Shown: in pieces, positions 232,559 to 247,848 of the stretch
Position numbering within the stretch: the stretch's first letter is position 1
How the letters are laid out: each line of letters opens with the position of its first letter
Assembly: GCA_951406725.2 (NCBI GenBank)
Contig: OX597818.1
Coordinates: 27,796,001 to 28,044,000 of the forward strand
DNA length: 248,000 nucleotides
Direction of reading: 5' to 3'
Source: Octopus vulgaris
Taxonomy: Eukaryota
Notes under the pieces: model-generated
Database searches by the model: none
The model's input: the letters and a program-made list of their open reading frames with translations, nothing else
What the model was told of the DNA's origin: nothing
Made by a program: the position numbers and the translations under genes

Positions 232559-235500
232559 GTATGTATATTCTTCATACCCATCACCCATCTAAATGAAATT
232601 AATGTAGATGCTTATTAATAAATATGTACCCATTTGGTATATGAAATTTTGAATTAGTGTGTCTGTACTATAGCATTTCATGATGACTATATCTATTCTT
232701 AACAGTTTTAGTATAATGTGGATGTTTAAATATCCATACATATACATACACACACATATACATACATACATATGCATACGCTTACCCATGCATAGACATA
232801 CAAAAATACATACATATACATGCATATACATATGCACACATATACAAAAATATTTGTGTGTGTGTGCACATCCACATATCCACATAGATTATATACACAT
232901 GCTCTTAGATAATATGAGCATAAAAATATATGATTTTATTTTTCTTGTTCCTGTGTTAATATACGTGTATGTATACAAATGCACACAATTATGTATGCAC
233001 ATGTGTGTGTTTGCATGGGTATTTATGTATTCATGCATGCATATATGAATATGTGTAAATCGATATGTGTATGCGTAACTATAATTCCACATATTCCTAT
233101 AAACAATTTCACATGCTATTTAATCGTGTATATAGATGACTTTACATACTTTCCATTTTCTTGTACTTATGGGCATGTATGCATACACACACATGCGTAA
233201 ACAATTATGGCTATGTGTAGATAAATTTGAAGTGTTTATGGATGTGTGGGTATTTATGTACATGTGTGTGTAAGAATATAATTATACATACCTGTATGTA
233301 TGTGAGTGCACGGCTGTATATGTATGTATATATACATATATGAATATATGCACATGCATGTGTGTGTGCATATACATATCATCATCATCATCGTTTAACG
233401 TCTGTTTTCTGCGCTAGCACGGGTTGGACGGTTTGACCGGGGTCTGGGAAGCCAGGGGCTGCTCCAGGCTCCAGTCTGATCTGGCAGAGTTTCTACGGCT
233501 GGATGCCCTTCCTAATGCCAACCACTCCACGAGTGTAGTGGGTGCTTTTTACATGCCACCTGCACAGGTGCCAGGGGAGTCCGGCATCGGCCATGATCGG
233601 TTGGAGCTTTTAACGTGCCAGCCAAGGCTGGCAACGGCCACATTCAGATGGTGCTTTTTATGTGCCACCGGCACAGAAGCCAGTCGGTGCGGCGCTGGCA
233701 TCGGCCACGTTTGGATGGTGCTTTTTATGTGCCACTGGCACAGAAGCCAGTTGGGGTGGTGCTGGCATCGGCCACGTTCAGATGGTGCTTTTTATGTGTC
233801 ACCGGCACAGAAGCCAGTCGAGTCGGCGCTGGCTACGGCCACATTCGGATGGTGCTTTTTATGTGTCACCGGCACAGGTATCACAACTACTATTTCCATT
233901 GATATTTATTTCGATGTTCATGTTCATGTACTTGACTCAACAGGTCTCCTCAAGCACAGCGGGACGTTCTGGGATCCAGGGTACTTTGAATGGGCAGGGG
234001 CTATGTGGAACTGGTGCAGGAAGCAGCCCGGGTCTTTGCAGTCACAGCATATCTCCAGAGATCTCGGTCCTTTATATGCTTATATAAATGTGTGTATATA
234101 TGAGTAGATGCACATACATATGAGTGCATGTGCCTGTATCTGTGCACACATGTGTGTATACATGTATGTGTGTAGCTGTATATGTACACATATATACGTA
234201 TACACATATATTTTTTATATATGTGTGCGTATGTATATGCATGTATATTTATGCATATGTGTATGTCTATGCATGTGTATGCATATGCATGCGTTCGTAT
234301 GTATATGCGTATGTATATATGTGAGGCAAGTGAAATTGAAATCGAAATCAAATTCGATGACTGGCATACGAGCGTGATTGTTGCCAGAGCAACAAGCTGG
234401 CTTCTGTACCGGTGGCACATAAAAAGCACCATTCAAGCGTGATCATTACCTACATCACTTTATTGGCACTTGTGCTGGTGGCACGTGAAAAAACATTCGA
234501 GCGAGGTCGTTGCCAGTGCCGTTGGACTGGCTCCTGTGCAGGTGGCACATAAAAAGTGCCATTTGAGCGTGGCTGTTGCCAGTACCGCCTGACTGGCCCT
234601 CATGCAGGTGGCATGTAAAAGCACCCACTACACTCTCGAAGTGGTTGGCATTAGGAAGGGCATCCAGCTGTAGAAACTCTGCCAGTTCAGACTGGAGTCT
234701 GGTGCAGCCATCTGGTTCATCAGACCTCAGTAAATCCTCCAACCAATGCTAGCATGGAAAGTGGACATTAAACGATAATGATGATGATGATGATGTTATA
234801 TTCATATGCACATTTAAACATCCATATTTTGCTAAAACTGTTAACAATAGAAATACTTTTCAAGAAACGCTATGCTGTAGACACACTCATTCAAAATTTC
234901 ATATACCAATGGGCACTGATATACAGATATGGATCTAGAATCTTTTCTGTTTGGTTGTCAGCAGCTTCAAAACTTAAAATTTACCGAGAATTTTATAATT
235001 TGGGACAAGGATCTTTTCCTTTTGAACGGCAGTTTTCAACACAATTTCTAGTTAACTTTTAAACTTCATATACTGGTAGAATGTGTTTATAAAACATCAT
235101 TTTTTCTTGGCTTTATTGAGAAAATTCTATATGTTTTAACATATTTCCACTTCAAAATCGAGCATTTTGGCAATTTTAACCAATCAAATACGTCCATTTG
235201 GGGTGAAAACATACCGTGCTGTATGAATATGCCCCTCGTTTAAGAAACAGATTGGGTTTATTTACATTTGCGAAGAAAAAAAGCGAAGATGGGGTATTGT
235301 TTTCAGTCATGTTTGCTTGTTTGTTTGACCGTGGACAAGATATCTCAAGAACTGCTGGATGGATTCGGATGAAACTTTCAGGGATGTTTGGCCTCATGAC
235401 TGGCACACACTGATTAGATTTTAGGATCGATCTAGTACCAGACAAAGATTCTGAATTATTTTTCCTGTTTTGTTTTTTTACTTAATTTTTGAAAGCAGGT

Positions 235501-238500
235501 GGTTTCATTTTTAGTACTCTCGTTTTTGACAGCAGTTGAGTTTATTTCAGATATTCTCATTTTAAAAGTCATCTCAGGCTAATTGTTGAAAGGAATTACT
235601 GAATGGATCCTTATGATATTTGAAACTTAGATTCAATGTATAAGGGCGGGCATAATGCAATATGTTTGGTTTGAATTTCAGATGGCTTAAAGGGGGCAGA
235701 ACCCTCCCATGAAAATTCATAAATTTTTGATGTTGATAAAATTTCAACCATTGGTAATTGACACACATCAAGAACTATTCTCAAAGTTTCCACTTCACGT
235801 GAGGATTTTAAGACACCCTAGTGGGGGCCTTAACTCCCAAATTTTAGTCATTTCTTTTATGATCCAAAACTAAATCAAAAGTACTGAATGGATCTTTATG
235901 AAATTTGGAAATTATATTCTATGCATAAGGGCCACAACCCCCATGACAATTCATATATTTTTGCTGTTGATGAAATTTTAACCATAGATATTAGATACAA
236001 ATGAAATAATATTTATAAAATTTCATCTTCTTACAAGTTAGAAAGACCCCTTCATGGGGACTTAACACCCACAATTTTGTCATTTTATCTAAGCAAAGAC
236101 GAATAGTCCTACTCTTTGGAAGCTGTGGGGTCATCTGAGCATAGAAGATGAGCATTATTTGTAATTCAATGGTACAACTGTGTAAGAGTTTGCTTTGACA
236201 TACACTTAGATTGTGATTTCTGCAATGTGGTGCATAAATTGTCAAGTAAATGAGAAGCATCTTTGCCTCCACTGATTCAGTTGCAAAGTGTTGAGTAAAG
236301 TTATTTGATTGCAGATCTCCTTTCAGTCTTTTTATTATCACTGGGTTACACATAGTCCCCACATGGTAACATTGATTTCAAGGCCTTCCCAGATGAGTGA
236401 CTGGTTATTCAAAGACATTTATAGATTGTATATATATTCTGTCCAGTTACGTATCAGTATAGTGTTCATTTGCAAACTCCAACTTTCATTTCTCCTTAGC
236501 CCCCATGTCACACAGTTGTTAATGTTTATTTCAGTTGGGTCACGCCCTTCCAATTGCTATAGATTCATAATGCATCTTATGACTGTGCCTGTCACCTGCA
236601 AGGTGAGGAATACTACATTGGGAGTGGTAACGTCTAGGGTACTGTAGCTGACTGCTTATTGTGATCATTTTTGGTTTCCTGTAGCTTTACTCTCTTTTAC
236701 AAATCCAGTGAACATATATTTCCTATTTCAAAGAAATTCAAACAATAGATATAAGACCCAAGTTAAAAAGATTCTCAACAATACAACTTCTCTGGTTGAC
236801 ATTAAGATGCCCACCCCCAATAGGGGCGTTAACTCTCACATTTTAGAGCTCCATGACCTCCATTTTTCAGGAGCAAAATCCTTTTAACAGGTTCAACAAG
236901 ACTGAAATTTTGGAATATGCGCATAAAAATCAGTAGTATGGGATACATGCAGCACGATTACAATTTTGTCTGGGTGTGTAAAGAGGGAAATAACCCTCAT
237001 CTGCAATTTTGATGAAATTCGAAACATAAATATTCCAGTTCATTACAGAAAATATAACAGAAAAGTCTAATTCTTCAATTGTATTTAACTCGAGCAATGC
237101 CGGGTAACTCTGCTAGTAATGACTAAAACTAAAATAATTTGGCTTTGAGATAATCTTCATTTACAAACATCCTGATAATTCAGTGTCAAAATATCTCTCT
237201 TACATAGTTACCAAATCATCTCGGGAAGGAGAAATTAAGAGTTTTAATTTATCTTTGGAAAAGCAGCTGACAGTGAGAATACAATATATATGAAGGAGAA
237301 ATTAAGAGTTTTAATTTATCTTTTAAAATAAAAATAAACATCTGTAGTCAATTTTCATAATGAGTTTTCTTGTTGTTCAATTAACAGAACTACTTTCTCA
237401 CTGAATTATATTGTAAGTGGCTGAGTATTCCACAGATATATGTATTCTTAGTATAATCTTCAAGCAGATTTAGCACACTGATGAGGCTGACCTTTTGAAT
237501 TATGGGTCTAGCTCTTCTGATGACCTTCCACATAGCTTCTGTCTACCTAGTTCCATTCTAAAGGATTTGGTGAACTTGAAACTGTGGTAAAAGACATTTG
237601 TATAAGACTCAACACAGCAGATCTCATGATTTGGAAGAGAACATCATAACCACTTGGCTATACCTGCTTCCATACAGATATTACAAACACACACACACAC
237701 ACACACAGAGGCAAGCACACAAATATGTCCACAGCAACTTTATCGTGATGCTATTATTATGACAGTGAATTTTTTTTTTAATTTCTCATTTCCTGCTATT
237801 GCTTCAATGAAATAATCTTAGAAATGTTGTAGATGATAGTTTCAAAATAGTTGCTTTTTGTTATTCCATTTTCTCTCCCAAAACTTTAGCTTTTAGACAC
237901 ATCATCAAAAAGACAAATGAAACCTCTCAATTCTCCTTCCTAAGATGATTTAGTAACCATAGAAGATAGATATTTTGATACTGAATTCCATATATAATGT
238001 ACAGGATGTTTGTAAATGTAGATTATTTGAAAGACCAATTTTTTTTGGTTTTAGTCATTATGACAACTATTAACAGAATATCGTATTTCAACAATGTTTA
238101 GATAAGAATTAGAAAATTGATTGAGAGTATAAGTAGAGTGATGTGTGTTGATTAATCGAAACCATTATAAAGTATATGGTTTCATGTTTTTTTAACAATT
238201 GTCACAGCCTCAGTAACAATAAATTTGAACATATATACTAAAGACAATTTGCTAGTTTTGGGATTAACCTCATGTTTCACTGCTAAGAACATCCACGATG
238301 TCCTAAATCAGACATGCACATGAGTTGTTTAAGTTATTTATATATATTCATTTATCTATGGACAAATCAATTTACTTTCTCAATTATTAAGCATTCAGTG
238401 TTTGAGTGATTGATATACTTGTTTGTTGTATTGATTTGGTAACCTTATTCACACCTTACCACTAAGCTACTATGTCCCTATAATATGCTGTCATTAGTTG

Positions 238501-238818
238501 AAACTTTATCATTAGGAAGGGTATCTAACTTTGAAAACAGTTACTCTAACAATTCTTACAGGTTGGTTCATATAAAATCAAATAGACTAAATTTGAAGAT
238601 GCATCAGATGAAATATTTAAAGAGAAAACAAAACAAAAACAAACGTACAGGAGTGGCTGTGTGGTAAGTAGCTTGCTTACCAACCACATGGTTCTGGGTT
238701 CAGTCCCACTGTGTGGCACCTTGGGCAAGAGTCTTCTATTGTAGCCTCGATCTGACCAAAGCCTTGTGAGTGGATTTGTTAGATGGAAACTGAAAGAAGC
238801 CCGTCATGTATATGTATG

Positions 238819-238884
<66 letters not shown>

Positions 238885-240214
238885 TGTGTGTGTCTGTGTG
238901 TGTGTGTGTCTGTGTTTGTCCCCCCAACATTGCTTGACTACCATGCTGGTGTGTTTATGTCCCCATAACTTAGCGGTTTGGCAAAAGAGACTGATAGAAT
239001 AAGTACTAGTCTTACAAAGAATAAGTCCTGGGGTTGATCTGCTCAACTAAAGGCAGTGCTCCAGCATGGCTGCAGTCAAATGGCTGAAACAAGTAAAAGA
239101 GTATACATTATCAACTTTTAAGTATAAAATTGTTAAATTTTGTTTATAACATAGGCATGTGGTTCTGAGTTCAGTCCTACTGCGTGGCACCTTGGGCAAG
239201 TGTCTTCAACTATAGCCTCGGGTCGACCAAAGCCTTGTGAGTGGATCTGGTAGACAGAAACTGAAAGAAGCCCGTTGTATATATGTGTATATATATATAT
239301 ATGTGTGTGTGTGTGTTTGTCCCCCAACATCGCTTGACAACCGATGCTGGTGTGTTAATGTCCCCCGTAGCTTAGCAATTCAGCAAAAGAGATCAATAGA
239401 ATAAGTACTAGGCTTACAAAGAATACGTCCTGGGGTTGATTTCTTCGACTAAAGGCAGTGCTCCAGCATGGCCACAGACAAATGACTGAAACAAGTAAAA
239501 GAGTAAAAGAGTCAGTACTTTTGGATCTAAATGCGTCTGATGTCTTGTAATACCAGGATGCTTCAATATAAGCATGTGAAGTGGAATAGAAAAACTAAGT
239601 GACAATCTATCATATTACATCCCACTTGCCAGCTCATTTCCTGAAGCAAAGTACCATTTTACAAATGAGATAAGCTTTTAATTTTAAATGGAAAGTATTC
239701 AAACAAAATCATTATTTAACACTTATACATATGCACACTTTTAAATTTTGTGCTTGTTATTTGTTACATAAGTATAGATGTATCAAAAGAAAAATGTTTC
239801 AAAAATATAAATGGCTCATAAGGTGCAGGCATAGCTGTATGGTAAGAAGTTTGATTCTCAACCACATGGTTCTCGGTTCAGTCCCACTGTGTGGCACCTT
239901 GGGCAAGAGTCTTCTACTATAGCCTTGGGCCAAGCAAAGCTTGTGAGTATATTTGGTAGATGTAAACTGAAAGATGACTATCTTATATTATATATGTGAT
240001 GGGTTGATGAAAATATCCTGGCTTTAAGGGTATTACAAAAGACCTTGGTGGAGGTCCAACTTTCCAAGTTCTTCTACATGGCTTTGAAAAACTGCAGCAC
240101 CATTGCAATAAGTGTGGGAATCTGAGAGAGGAATATGTTCAATAAAATCATAATTAAATGACCCTCTTGTATTTTCTTTTACCCAAAGCCAGGAATTTTT
240201 CAGCACCACTTTGT

Positions 240215-241410
240215 ATATAAGTGTGTAAGGTATTTGTGGACATACCTTTTTTGGGTCATTGCTGTATTTTTTACTAACTCTGTGTAATTTTTGTTTCAGA
240301 AAATAATAATGGCAGACCCTCAGCTTACTCAAGAAATGAAGGGACATGCTATTATTTTGGTCATAAAGGCTGAGCATAGAAATTTAGAAATACCTTTGAT
240401 TTTTAGAAGTTGCCAAAGCTTTCGTTTTCAAAATTTGTAAGGAGCTAGAGACTGAAGATGGAAGTGTATCACCAGTATCAAAGCATAAAAAGCATTCTAA
240501 ACACTCTGAAATCATCATCAGAACACCTGGATTTATCCAGCAAGTTCAACAGGCCATTGATTACAATTCCAGAAAGTCCATGAGGTCAATTGTAAAAGAT
240601 CTCCATGTGTCAGAAGGAACAGTTAGAAATGTTGTCCATGAAGACATCAGATATGTCTTATATGATGAGGAAAGGTCAATTTGTCAGAAAAAGCAAAAGA
240701 AAATCACTACATCAGATTTAAAAGGCTCCTAAAAAGATGAAAAAGGCACCAAAAGAAGATTCAATTTAGTTTTTCTAAAACGAGAAAAACTTTGACTAAG
240801 ATCGAAAAGTTAACAGAAGAAATGACAGATGGTTATGTGCAGACCCTTCTAAAGTTTGAAGTATTATAAATACAAAATTTCCTGCAACTGTTATGGCTTT
240901 AGGGGTTATCAGCACTGAAGGACATGTAATGCCTCCTCAGGCCTTAGAGTTAACTCTGCCACCTACACTGAGGTCCTGGAAACAATTGTTAAGCCCTGGA
241001 TAGACAGTGTATGCAATGGAAGGCCATATGTTTCAGTAAGACTCTGCACTATCACCCACAGCTCTAGTAACACAGGAATGGATGGATGAAAATTTTCATG
241101 ATCACACAACCCCTAACATTTAATTTCCTAATTCCCCAGATCTCAATCCATTGGACTATTACATGTGGAGCATTGTTGAGAGAGAGGTCAATGAACATAC
241201 CCATAACACCAAAGATTCTTTGAAAGCTGCCATAGTCAGAGTAATGTCCAAAATGAACCAGGACCACTTGATTCGAGCATGCAGATGATTTAGATCTTAT
241301 ATAGAAGCAGTTGTTGAAGCTGAAGGTGGCTTTATTGAATAACATTATAGAAAAGAAGGTTTATTTTTATTCTCATAGCATTTTTTGATAAATTAAGTTA
241401 TTATCTGTTA
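240215..241410 (+). mobile_element. Tc1/IS630-like transposon (degenerate)
   Basis: TIR gtgtgtaaggtatttg / caaataccttacacaccc; SPDLNPLDY remnant. Confidence 0.75.
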
Positions 241411-241463
241411 TTATATACCTGTTTTTTTTTATAAACATAAATCTGTCCTCAAATACCTTACAC

Positions 241464-241535
<72 letters not shown>

Positions 241536-242667
241536 CATATACATATCATCATCAACATCATCGTTTAATGTTCGCCTTCCATATTGGCATGGGCTGGACA
241601 ATTTGACTGAGGATTAACTAGTCAGGAGGCTGCACCAGGCTCCAATCAGATTTGGCAAGGTTTCTGCAGCTGGATGCCCTTCTAATTTCAACCACTCCAA
241701 GAGTGTAGTGGGTGCTTTTTATGTGCCACCGGCACAGGAGCCAGTCAGGTTGTTTGTACACAGGCATCATACAGCCTACTTTTCATGCTGAGTGAGAGGT
241801 CCTTTGTTACCAGCAGAGGTAGAAGCTCTCTGAACTTTGCCCAGGCTATTCTTATTCAAGTAGCTATATGCTCAGAGCATCCACCCCTGCTACTGACTTA
241901 TATATATATATATATATATATCATCATCATTATTATCATCATTGTTTAATGTCCGTTTTCCATGCTAGCATGGGTTAGACGGTTCGACTGGAGTCTGGAA
242001 GCCAGGAGGCTGCACCAGGCTCCAGTCTGATCTGACAGTGTTTCTACAGCTGGATACATATATAGTACATATAAATCACAGTATGTGTATGTATATTGAC
242101 TAATGCATACATTTCCACAATTCTCAACCGATTTTCCCCAAACTTTACACACACATTACTTATGTGTCAAGGATTGGCATGCACTATTTTGTCCAGAACT
242201 CCCACGTAAATGGACAAACCAGAAAAAACGTTGGTTTACAAAGGGTTTTCTCTAATTTGTTGTATGCACATAGTTTTTTGTATTTAGGTCTTCCATATTT
242301 TTCAAATCTCTATGGTCGTATATTGGCATTAGAAAATATGTTTTAGTGGTTTTCACATTTTTATTTATTTATTATTCATTTATACGTTGTAATTGTGTAC
242401 TATTACTTTATATATTATTTTTATATGTGTATTGGTGAATATTGTTTGAGGGTTTTCGTTGGAGAATATTATAAAAGTGAAAGGATATATATATATCATT
242501 GACGATTTTCTTTCTCCGTCTTCCCTTCTTTGGACTTTTTCTATATTTCTGATAAAGAGCTCCGCTCAAAACATGAAATCCTCTTTCTTTCCTTTCCTTT
242601 CCAATAACACAGTACTTGTTCCACATCCTCACGTTGTTGTTTTTTCTTGCTTGTTCATGTTTGGATT

Positions 242668-242717
<50 letters not shown>

Positions 242718-243002
242718 ATGTGTGAATGTGCTTGTTTGTCTCCAACACTACTTGTCAACTGGGGTCAATTTGTTCGACTAACCCCAGTATGACGACAGTC
242801 CAATGATTGAAACAAGAAAAAGATAAAACATAGGAGATATCTATATAATACAAATGAAGATTTGTAACATAAGCACAATGTCAATCATACCTAATTATAA
242901 AAGAAAAGGCACAGAGGAGAGAGATCGATCAAATCAGTTATGAAGAATAGGTTAGAATATAAGGTGTTCAACCAGAAAATAGCCTGCCTTCTAGAGATAG
243001 TG

Positions 243003-243040
<38 letters not shown>

Positions 243041-246000
243041 TTCATCATCATCATCATCATTTAATGTATGTCTTCCATACAGGCATGTGTTAGGCGGTTA
243101 ACTGGAACTGATATGCTGAGCTGCACCAGCCTACTGTCTGTTTTGGCTTGGTTCCTATGGTTGGATACTCTGCCTAATGCAATCTATTCCATAGAGTGTA
243201 CTGGTGTTCTTTATGTGTTACTGGCATGGGTACCTTTTATATGTCACTGACACAGGTGTCTTTTACGCATTACTGGCACAGGTGCTTTTTGCATGTCACT
243301 AACATGAATACCTTTTATGTGTCACTGGCATGGGTGCCCTTTGTATGTCACTGGCATGGGTATTTTTTGCATGTCTCCAGCACTGATCACAACTACAATT
243401 TCATTTAGCTTGATGTGTCTTCTCAAGCACAGCAAATTGCCAAGTTTCAGTCACTTGTCATTACCTCCGTGAGACTCAACACCCAAAGATTAAAATTCAC
243501 CACGTCTTCATAAGTGTATTTCTTCCACAGCTTCCCTCCATAGCTAGAGTTCGGTATTTCTTAATGCAGTAGTCCATGTCAATATCCATCACATACCCAT
243601 ACCAGCACAATCTTCTTTCTTTCACACTAACATCTGATGCCACTTATACACAATTTTTCTATCAAGACACTTACCCTTCATTGTATGTGCATACAAATAT
243701 TGCACATCCAGCAGAGTATACTAGCTTTATTTCTTTCAAACCTTTGCATGTCCTCTGCAGTTGCAGCCCATGTTTTATTGCTATGTAACATGGCTGTTTG
243801 CACACAGACAATATACAATTTGCCTTTCATACTGAGGGAGAGGCCCTTTGTTACCAACAAAAGTAACAGCTCTTTGAATTTTACCCAGCCCATTCTTATT
243901 CTAGCAGCTATGCTCTCAAAGCTATGCTCTCCTCCACTGCTGACTTGGTCACCTAGATAATGGAAGTTGTCTACTACTTCTAAATCTCCAGCTGAGCATT
244001 TTACATATTCTGTAGTCTTCTTGTAGTCTAGCCACATTGCAAAGAGATTATGGAGATGTGGCTTGGCTTCCTTAAGGACAGCTTATTGAGGAGAAACTGT
244101 TCACCACAGCTCCAGACTCCTTTCTTTCTTCCTCCTTGTTTATCAATTATTACACCATTTGTTTGGCAGTCATCTTCAAGTCCACCTGTGTACAGTTGGT
244201 GCATAACATGCAAGCATGCTATGAGCTATAGTTTCTGGCCTTGTGAGTCGCTTTGTTCTTGGGTATAAGAGCAGTCCACACAACTATCAGCTAATCTGGT
244301 ATATCTAGCTCACTGTCCATTGTTTTTATAAACAGAGTCATCACGAGAATTTCCCTGTAGAACATGAGCTTTTTGTACCAGTAGTCTACTATAAGGTCTT
244401 TCCCTGGTGATTTTCCATTCAGTATTTTCATGATAGCCATCAAGAGAGTTTCACTGGTGATGTTATATATTTTGGGAGAGTTATTTACACAATACTCACT
244501 TTATAGTTAATTTAATCATGCTGTCTCATGCTTGTGTTTTTAGTTTACATTCCAGATTACCCACCTGAATGACTCTAGATCTTCATGGGTAAATATCTTG
244601 ATTGTATCACCTTTCATGCAACAATATACAGCTTCCAGATTTCAGACAAACTTTCGATTTATCATTTTTCATCTATAGAAAAGGTGAAAATGTGTAGGTA
244701 GAAATTCCATAAGATGTACCTAGTCTAAGCTATTGACACATAAGAAGTGCAGAAAAGATTAACAAGGAAATTATTTTTTGGGTGGATAAGGTGTACAAGT
244801 ACAATTAACACTAAAAATCTACAGAAAATAGATTCCATCAAATGCCAGGGAGGAAAACTAGAAGTAGTTGATAGCTCCCGTTACCTAGGTGACCAAGTTA
244901 GCAGTGGGAGTGGATGCTCTGAGAGCATAGCTGCTAGCATAAAGATAGGCTGGGCTACTTCAGAGAGCTCCCACCTCTGCTGGTAACAAAGGGCCTCTCC
245001 CTCAGCATGAAAGACAAATTGTATGAAGTCTGTGTGTGAACAGCTATGCTACATGGCAGTAAAACATGGGCTGTAACTGCCAAGGACATGCGTAAGCTTT
245101 GGAAGAAATGAAGCTAGTATACTTTGCTGAATGTGCAATGTCAGGATGCTTGCACAGCAGAGTGTAAACGTCTTGAGAAAAAAGCTGGGCATCAGCTGTA
245201 GTGTGCAAGAGAAATGACTGTGCTGGTATGGTCATGTGATGCATATGGATGAGGACAGGTGTGTGAAGAAGTGCTTAACTCTAACAGTGGAGGAAATCTG
245301 TGGAAGAGGTAGACCCAAGAAGACAAGATCAGGTGGTGAAACATGTTCTTTGAATGTTGGGTCACATGAAGGCAATGACAAGTGCTTGAGACCTTTGGCA
245401 ATATGCCACACTTGATAAGACCCATCAAGCCAAAGGAAATTGTAATCATGGCCAATGCCAGTGTCACATATTTGGCACGTAAAAACATCTTTTGAACATT
245501 GGACAATATGCCGTGCTTGAGAAGATCCATCTAGCTAAGTGAAATCATAGTCATGGCTGATGCCAGTGTCATGTAACTGGCACCCATGCTGGTAGCATGT
245601 AAAGAAGTACCATTTTGAATGTTAGGCCTCATGGAGATGGTGTCAAGTGACCAAGACCTTTTACAATATAATGTGCTGAAGTCCTAGTTGTGGCTGATGC
245701 TGGGGTTGTGTAACTGGCACTGATGCTAGTGGCACTCTTGGAGTGGTTTATGTTAGGGAGGGTATCCAGCTGTAGAAACCATGCCAAATCAGATTGGAAC
245801 CTGGTGCAACTCCCCAGCTTAATAGTTTTCAGTCAAACCATCCAGCCTATGTCAGCATGGAAAATGGACGTTAAATGATGATGATGATGATGTAATTTTT
245901 TACAATAAAGTTTTACACTTACCACCAGTAGATTGTGTTTAAGGGTGATCACTTTGCCTTGTGAGTGTTTCTTGGCAATAATTCCCATACAATTTGGTGA

Positions 246001-247693
246001 ATTTATCATGCAATTATAGCTGGTGATTCATGAATTTAATTTTAGCTTCATATTTGATGATAGTGTTGAACTGTCCTATCTTTTTCCTGAGTACATTGAT
246101 GTTGTTCTGGAGGCTGGTAATCCATTTTGGCTCAGTATTATTTTTTTGGATCAGTGTCTTTTACTCCCATCCTTTTGTACACAGTTACTGCAGTACAATA
246201 TAGCAGGACATTTATTGTCCAAAACTGGGAGCTTGAATTTGAGCTACTTGTTCCCTTACAACTTTGTTGATCAGTGATAACATCAGGTCGATTGGTTTTT
246301 CCAACTTAAGTCAGCAATGTTCTGTCATGCGTCATGCAGGGCTTTATGTATGTAAGAAATAAAGTTTTGCTTGAACTTTGATGCAAACTGTGATTTTAGT
246401 ATTTTATAGTCTTCACTTGTTTCTGTAAAATCATAAGTGGTTGCCACATGTTCATATAATGGCAACAGTTTGTTATTGTTGTGTTCATCTTTGTTGGTGC
246501 TTCTTGATCAAACTCTTTGCAGAAAAAAGTTTACTGTATTGTTAATATGAGTATTATCATTTTGTGTATTTTGGCTGAATGATTTTGCTTGGTAGGATGG
246601 CATATTTCTTTTCAACAAAGTTTAATTGTTTCTCTGAAAAATGTGGGCATGTTGGGTATTTCTTATTCTAATACACTTTAAGTCTCTTCATGTAGCCTAT
246701 TAAAGGACTTTCTCCAGCCTTTCTGTAGAACTGGTATAGGTCCTGGTTCAGCTTGAAAGTCCACTGGAAACTTTCTAGATAGTTCCATGATTTGCAATAG
246801 TCAACTCTGGATTCTTTCATCACCATGGTGTATGTATAGTAATTTTCTATGAGGTATGTGTTTCACTGCTTATGTACTACTACAACCTTTTGAACAAAAA
246901 TGTTGTTTCTTAGCATTTACTCCAAAAAGATAATCATTTCTTTTCCCAAGATTGTATTAATGGCAAAAATTATAGGGGTTAATATACATTATTCATCAGA
247001 ATGATTAGTCCTCTATACCAACATATCTGTATTCAATGCCATGATATGCATACATTAATGTATGTATGCATTTATGTATGCATGCATGCATGTATGTATG
247101 TATGTATGTATGTATGTATGTATGTATGTATGTATGTATGTATGTATGTATGTATGTATGTATGTACAAGTGGGTGTGCATGTATGGGATGGTCATGCAT
247201 GTGCATGTGTATTTATGTACACATGTATGCATTCATGTTTGCATTAACATCTACTGTTGGCTAAATGAGTAACACACTTCAGTTCAACAATGGCACAGGG
247301 TTGAATACTTAGCCACACAAGATGTCTCATGAGGTAAAACATAGTAAATATTCCTTATTTTCTTTATGCGATATATTTCAGTTTATAAACATAAAGCTAT
247401 GGCACCACTACTTGTTGAGTCTTTGTGCACTTTTAGAGATTAAATATGTAACTTAAATGAAATAAGACCATACTACCTAGGTTCATATGCATCTTTTTAT
247501 AGTATAGCTACTGGCATGTATTTCACCATGTTAACTTATAATTCCTCTGTAGAGTGCTCTGTAGGCTTTCTTTCCAGTACTCTTGAAGACAATCATTTCT
247601 CAGAATAATGTAAAGTAATTACTTTGCTCATTTGTCTCTCCTTGGGTGATTTATATACCACCCACCTATGACTCAACACTTGCTATATATTGC

Positions 247694-247848
247694 ATGGGTA
247701 AATAGAATCCAGTCTTCCAATCAGTGGCAGCTGACAAAGTGAATATTCAATAAAGTGTTTAGATCTATCTTTGTAGTAAATATTTCATATTTTGTTTATG
247801 TGGTATATTTGGGTCCATTCTTTCCTAGTGAGTTGATGTGCCCTCTAA
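247694..247848 (+). CDS. Gene C (third paralog) leader exons; gene continues beyond window
   Basis: 247250-248000 is homologous to 99930-100830; exon 247777-247848 is open in phase 1 (VNISYFVYVVYLGPFFPSELMCPL). Confidence 0.55.
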
